Origin: Deltaproteobacteria bacterium
GTDB lineage: Bacteria; Desulfobacterota; Desulfomonilia; UBA1062
Length of the DNA: 64,000 nt
Direction: 5' to 3'
Assembly: GCA_029547045.1 (NCBI GenBank)
Contig: JAKPQL010000065.1
Location: 23,402-87,401, forward strand
Below are positions 58,781 to 64,000 of this stretch, piece after piece. Position numbers and translations under genes: made by a program. The notes under the pieces are model-generated. The model saw nothing but the letters and a program-made list of their open reading frames with translations, was not told where the DNA came from and searched no databases. Each line of letters opens with the position of its first letter. The stretch's first letter is position 1.

Positions 58781-59866
58781 ATGAAGATCGGACTCATCGG
58801 ACTTAAGAAATCTGGCAAGACCACCATATTCAACGCGCTCACGGGCATGGACATCACCACTGACCAGTACTCGGCCTCCAAGGACGAGCCCAACATCGCG
58901 TCCGTGCGGGTGAGTGATCCCCGCATCACGGCGCTGAGCGAGATGTACCGGCCGAAGAAGACCACCTATGCCACGCTGGAGTGCATGGACTTCGGCGGGT
59001 TCAAGGACAGTCAGGGCGGCGAACGGAAGGAGATCTTCTCGGGCACGGAGCTGGGCCTCATCAAGACCGTGGACGCCCTGGGGCTGGTGGTGAGGAACTT
59101 CCACGACCAGTACATCGACAGCGTGCTCGGGGAGCCGGACCCCTTCTCGGACATCGACACCGTCCTGTCCGAGCTCATCCTGGCCGACCTCATCGTGGCC
59201 GAGACGAGGCTCGAGCGGATCAATCACCAGATCCAGCGTGGGACAAAGACACCCGCCCTGGAGCTCGAACGCGACGCCCTGGCCAGAATCCATGCCTTCC
59301 TCGAGCAGGGCGACGTCGCGGTCCCGCCCGAGCTCACCGCTGACGAGGACAAGGCCGTGCGCGGCTTCCGTTTCCTGACGCTCAAGCCCATAATCGTGAT
59401 CCTCAACTCCGACGAGTCCACCTTCGGCCGCAGCACCGAGCTCCTGGGCATGATCTGGAAGCGCTTCTGCGGCATCGAGTTCGCCGGCCAGTTCGAGATG
59501 GAGCTGAACCGGCTCGAGCGGGACGAGGCGAAGGCGTTCATGGACGACATGGGCATCGGCACGTCTGCCCGGGAACGCCTCACCATGGCCGCCTATGAAC
59601 TCCTTGGCTACATCTCCTTCTTCACCGTGGGCGCCGACGAGGTGCGGGCCTGGACCATCCGCAGGGGGGGGACGGCCGTGGACGCGGCCGGGGCAATCCA
59701 TTCAGACCTGGCCCGGGGGTTCATCCGGGCCGAGTGCTTCGCCTACGACGACCTCATGACCCATGGCTCGGAAAAGGCCCTCAGGGACAAGGGGCTGATC
59801 CGGCTCGAGGGCAAGACCTACCCGGTGAGGGACGGGGACATCCTGTCCATCCGCTTCAACACGTAG
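58781..59866 (+). CDS. ychF: Redox-regulated ATPase YchF (Obg-family GTPase fold)
   Basis: The G1 motif is 'IGLIGLKKSGKTTIFNALT' and the C-terminal TGS domain carries 'RAWTIRRG'. Confidence 0.9.
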   Translation: MKIGLIGLKKSGKTTIFNALTGMDITTDQYSASKDEPNIASVRVSDPRITALSEMYRPKKTTYATLECMDFGGFKDSQGGERKEIFSGTELGLIKTVDALGLVVRNFHDQYIDSVLGEPDPFSDIDTVLSELILADLIVAETRLERINHQIQRGTKTPALELERDALARIHAFLEQGDVAVPPELTADEDKAVRGFRFLTLKPIIVILNSDESTFGRSTELLGMIWKRFCGIEFAGQFEMELNRLERDEAKAFMDDMGIGTSARERLTMAAYELLGYISFFTVGADEVRAWTIRRGGTAVDAAGAIHSDLARGFIRAECFAYDDLMTHGSEKALRDKGLIRLEGKTYPVRDGDILSIRFNT

Positions 59867-59952
59867 GGACCGGCCGTTCGCTGCTGTCCGGGGCAACTGC
59901 TCCCGAGAATTTCCCTTGATGAAAACCCTTCGTCCGGATACATACACATCTC

Positions 59953-60820
59953 ATGAAACCCAGGATCACCCTGAGCCCTGCTGTGCCAGCAATCCTCACG
60001 GCCGCCCTGCTCCTCATCAACCAGGGGTGTTCCTCCGAGGACGGAGGCGGCACCAACACCGGCACGGGCGACCCCCTGGCACTGAGCCTTCCCTGGGTCT
60101 ACTCGTCCATGACCTCGCTGACCTTCACCGTGTCCTATGAACCGGACGCCGAGCCCCATATCGGAACCCTCTGGGACGGCACGCCGTACTGGTGCATCCT
60201 GCAGAACAACGTGGGTGCGCTGCTCCTGGGACGGGGCATCACGGTGAACGTCCCCTGGGACCTCGAGGACATGGATCCCATCGCCGACCAGGCTGAGGAA
60301 TCCTGGACGGGAACGGAGATCCTCGCCCTGGCGAGATCGCTGCACACCGCCTCCACGAGCGGGTCCACCGGATACATCCACGTGCTCTTCCTGAACGGCT
60401 CCTATGAAAAGGACAACGTGGTGATACCCGAGGTCACCGGTCTCGCCTTCAGTGGCATTCCTGTCTTGGCCATCTTCAAGGACGCCATCTTCTATCCCGG
60501 TCACTCCCCTGCCATCGCCCGATTCTCGTAACAGGCCACCCTGGTGCACGAGGCAGGGCATGTCCTGGGACTGGTGGACATCGGCCTGCCCATGGGGTCT
60601 GACCACCTGGATGCCGGGCACACTGCGCAAACCCCGGATGCGTCATGTTCTGGCAGAACGAAGGGGCGTCCGATCTCAGGGACTTCGTGCAACAGGTTAT
60701 CGCGGCGGACTCCCTGGTCCTGTTCTGCGACGATTGCCTGAACGACGCGTGGGGCTACACACCCAGCACGGCAAACGAATCCTCCATGGAACACGTTCCC
60801 ATGGATACTGGAGTCAACCC

Positions 60821-60823
<3 letters not shown>
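59953..60823 (+). pseudogene. Lipoprotein zinc-metallopeptidase-like gene (HEAGHVLGLVD motif) interrupted by an in-frame TAA (60529-60531) and a frameshift in a CCCC run (~60633-60636)
   Basis: The N-terminal ORF has a signal peptide and Cys lipobox ('LLINQGCSS'). The same frame resumes immediately after TAA with 'QATLVHEAGHVLGLVDIGLPMGSDHLDAGH'. The protein-like C-terminus 'FWQNEGASDLRDF...CDDCLNDAWGY' is in the -1 frame. Confidence 0.45.
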
Positions 60824-62506
<1,683 letters not shown>

Positions 62507-62526
62507 TGGAGCAAAGGGAGACGCGC

Positions 62527-63105
62527 ATGAAGGTGGTGGCATTCAACGGAAGCGCCCGCAGGGACGGCAACACGGCCATGCTCATCAGACAGGTGTTCGA
62601 ACCGCTTACGAGGCAGGGCATCGAAACCGAGCTCGTCCAGCTTGCCCGCAAGGACATCCGGGGCTGCATCGTGTGCTACAAGTGCTTCACCAACCAGGAC
62701 TCCCGGTGCTCGGTGAAGAACGACTCGGTGAACGAGTGCATCGCAAAGATGCAGGAGGCCGACGGCATCATCCTGGCCTCCCCCACCTACTTCTCGGACG
62801 TGACGAGCGAGATGAAGGCGCTCATCGACCGGGCCGGCATGGTGGCCAAGGCCAATTCGGACATGTTCAGGCGCAAGGTGGGCGCGGCGGTGGTGGCAGT
62901 GCGCCGCGGCGGGGCCATCCACACCTTCGACACGCTCAACCACTTCTTCCTCATCAGCCAGATGGTCGTGCCCGGATCGAACTACTGGAACGTGGGCCTC
63001 GGCATGGAGCCGGGCGAGGTGGAGAAGGACCAGGAGGGCATGCTCACCATGAAGGTGCTGGGCGAAAACATGGCCTGGCTCCTGAAGAAGATCTCGGGCT
63101 CCTGA
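62527..63105 (+). CDS. Iron-sulfur flavoprotein (Isf-like NADPH-dependent FMN reductase / flavodoxin fold)
   Basis: The FMN loop is 'VVAFNGSARRDGNT' and the compact Cys cluster is 'CIVCYKCFTNQDSRC'. Confidence 0.8.
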   Translation: MKVVAFNGSARRDGNTAMLIRQVFEPLTRQGIETELVQLARKDIRGCIVCYKCFTNQDSRCSVKNDSVNECIAKMQEADGIILASPTYFSDVTSEMKALIDRAGMVAKANSDMFRRKVGAAVVAVRRGGAIHTFDTLNHFFLISQMVVPGSNYWNVGLGMEPGEVEKDQEGMLTMKVLGENMAWLLKKISGS

Positions 63106-63117
63106 GAGTCGGAACCG

Positions 63118-63582
63118 CTACGATCCCATGCCGCACTGCTTGCCGGCGCAGACCTCCCGGATGAACCTGCCCACGAAGTAGTACCCCCCGGAGAGCGCCA
63201 CGATGACTGCGGCGATGCCGACGAGCGTCAGGCCGTCCAGATTCTTCACGTCAAGGATGATGACCTTGCGGGCCACGGCGATGAGCGCCATGGCGAAGAC
63301 CACCTCCACGTGCACCTCGCTGTCCGTGAGGTAGGCCCGCAACGTGTAGACCAGCTCGATGCCGATGAGCACCAGGAGGAACAGGCCGAAGATGTCCAGC
63401 AGCTCGTCGATCTCCAGCAGGAAGAGCGGGTAGGTGAAGACATCCTGGATGATGACCCAGCCGAGCTCCACGGTGGACAGGAGGATGACGAGGATCATCA
63501 TACAGATGAGCGCGGTGACGATGATGCGTTCGAAGCGTCCGAGAAAGGTCAGAAGCTTGTTGCTCGAATCGTTGGTATTCAT
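63118..63582 (-). CDS. psiE: PsiE family (phosphate-starvation-inducible) membrane protein
   Basis: The product is a 4-TM PsiE-like protein ('FERIIVTALICMMILVILLSTVEL...'). Confidence 0.75.
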   Translation of the reverse strand: MNTNDSSNKLLTFLGRFERIIVTALICMMILVILLSTVELGWVIIQDVFTYPLFLLEIDELLDIFGLFLLVLIGIELVYTLRAYLTDSEVHVEVVFAMALIAVARKVIILDVKNLDGLTLVGIAAVIVALSGGYYFVGRFIREVCAGKQCGMGS

Positions 63583-63758
63583 GGCATACCTTTACCGCAC
63601 CTGGGGCACTTCATCAAGGAGCGAACAGGCCGCCCCGGGTGCTCTGTGACGGATATGCGGCCCGTACAAACCCGGCACGAACACATCCCTTGACTTCTCC
63701 AAGGGCTTCACTTACCGATGCTTCAGTATTATCTGATGTATCAGGCCAGGAGGCATGC

Positions 63759-64000
63759 ATGCCAAAGAAGGCCACAGGTAAGAGCTGCTGCCTCACTGTC
63801 CAGGGCAGCTGCTGCAATGTAGAATCGCTCATCGGCATCGACGAGCGGGGTCAGATGGTCCTTCCTAAGGACCTGCGCGAACGGGCGAACATAGTGCCCG
63901 GCGACAAGCTGGCCGTGATCAGCTGGATAAGGGATGGAGAGGTCTGCTGTATCATCCTCATCAAGGCAGACCACCTGGCAGGCCGTGTTATGGACTTCAT
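63759..64000 (+). CDS. Partial (3'-truncated at the window edge) AbrB/MazE/SpoVT-type swapped-hairpin domain protein with N-terminal paired-Cys motifs
   Basis: The sequence reads 'KSCCLTVQGSCCNVESLIGIDERGQMVLPKDLRERANIVPGDKLAVISW...GEVCC'. AGGAGG lies 5 nt upstream. Confidence 0.5.
   Translation, partial: MPKKATGKSCCLTVQGSCCNVESLIGIDERGQMVLPKDLRERANIVPGDKLAVISWIRDGEVCCIILIKADHLAGRVMDF

Overview
This is a 64-kb window of high-GC chromosomal DNA with dense coding on both strands. It is probably from an anaerobic Desulfobacterota (deltaproteobacterial) lineage. That guess is an inference from nrfHA, sigma-54 regulation, a Tat substrate, a selenoprotein and Fe-S/selenium-trafficking genes.

What is in the window, in order:
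- An ADP-forming acetyl-CoA synthetase alpha-like gene.
- An atypical membrane sensor with a Cys/His C-terminal module.
- A MarR regulator divergent from a peroxiredoxin-like gene that carries an in-frame TGA (putative selenocysteine) followed by a SECIS-like hairpin.
- An ECF sigma factor with a C-terminal extension.
- A DUF3795 / wHTH-ferredoxin / Tat-DUF362 trio.
- htpG.
- A DMT transporter.
- An MMPL/RND exporter.
- The nrfHA nitrite-reductase operon, with nrfA frameshifted.
- A TetR regulator with a membrane protein.
- A NifS-like cysteine desulfurase fused to a DUF3343-like tail, followed by a formyltransferase.
- arsC.
- A complete Pho cluster: phoB, phoR, DUF47-pitA, pstSCAB, phoU.
- A second cysteine-desulfurase / yedF / DUF3343 operon, which looks like selenium or sulfur trafficking.
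- asnB with an amidohydrolase.
- amtB-glnK behind a textbook sigma-54 promoter.
- fadD, typA, mscS and a multi-PAS hybrid histidine kinase.
- An acyl-CoA dehydrogenase and CoA-transferase operon, divergent from a large sigma-54 activator that is frameshifted.
- degP, ychF, a disrupted lipoprotein metallopeptidase, ettA, an iron-sulfur flavoprotein, psiE and a partial AbrB-like gene.

Several genes carry indels or stops, mostly at G/C homopolymer runs, so sequencing or assembly error is a live alternative to true pseudogenes. No CRISPR array, rRNA, tRNA or obvious mobile element was seen.

The most notable items are the recoded peroxiredoxin-like selenoprotein, two independent cysteine-desulfurase/DUF3343 pairings, the Tat-DUF362 redox trio, and the sensor with a non-canonical output module.
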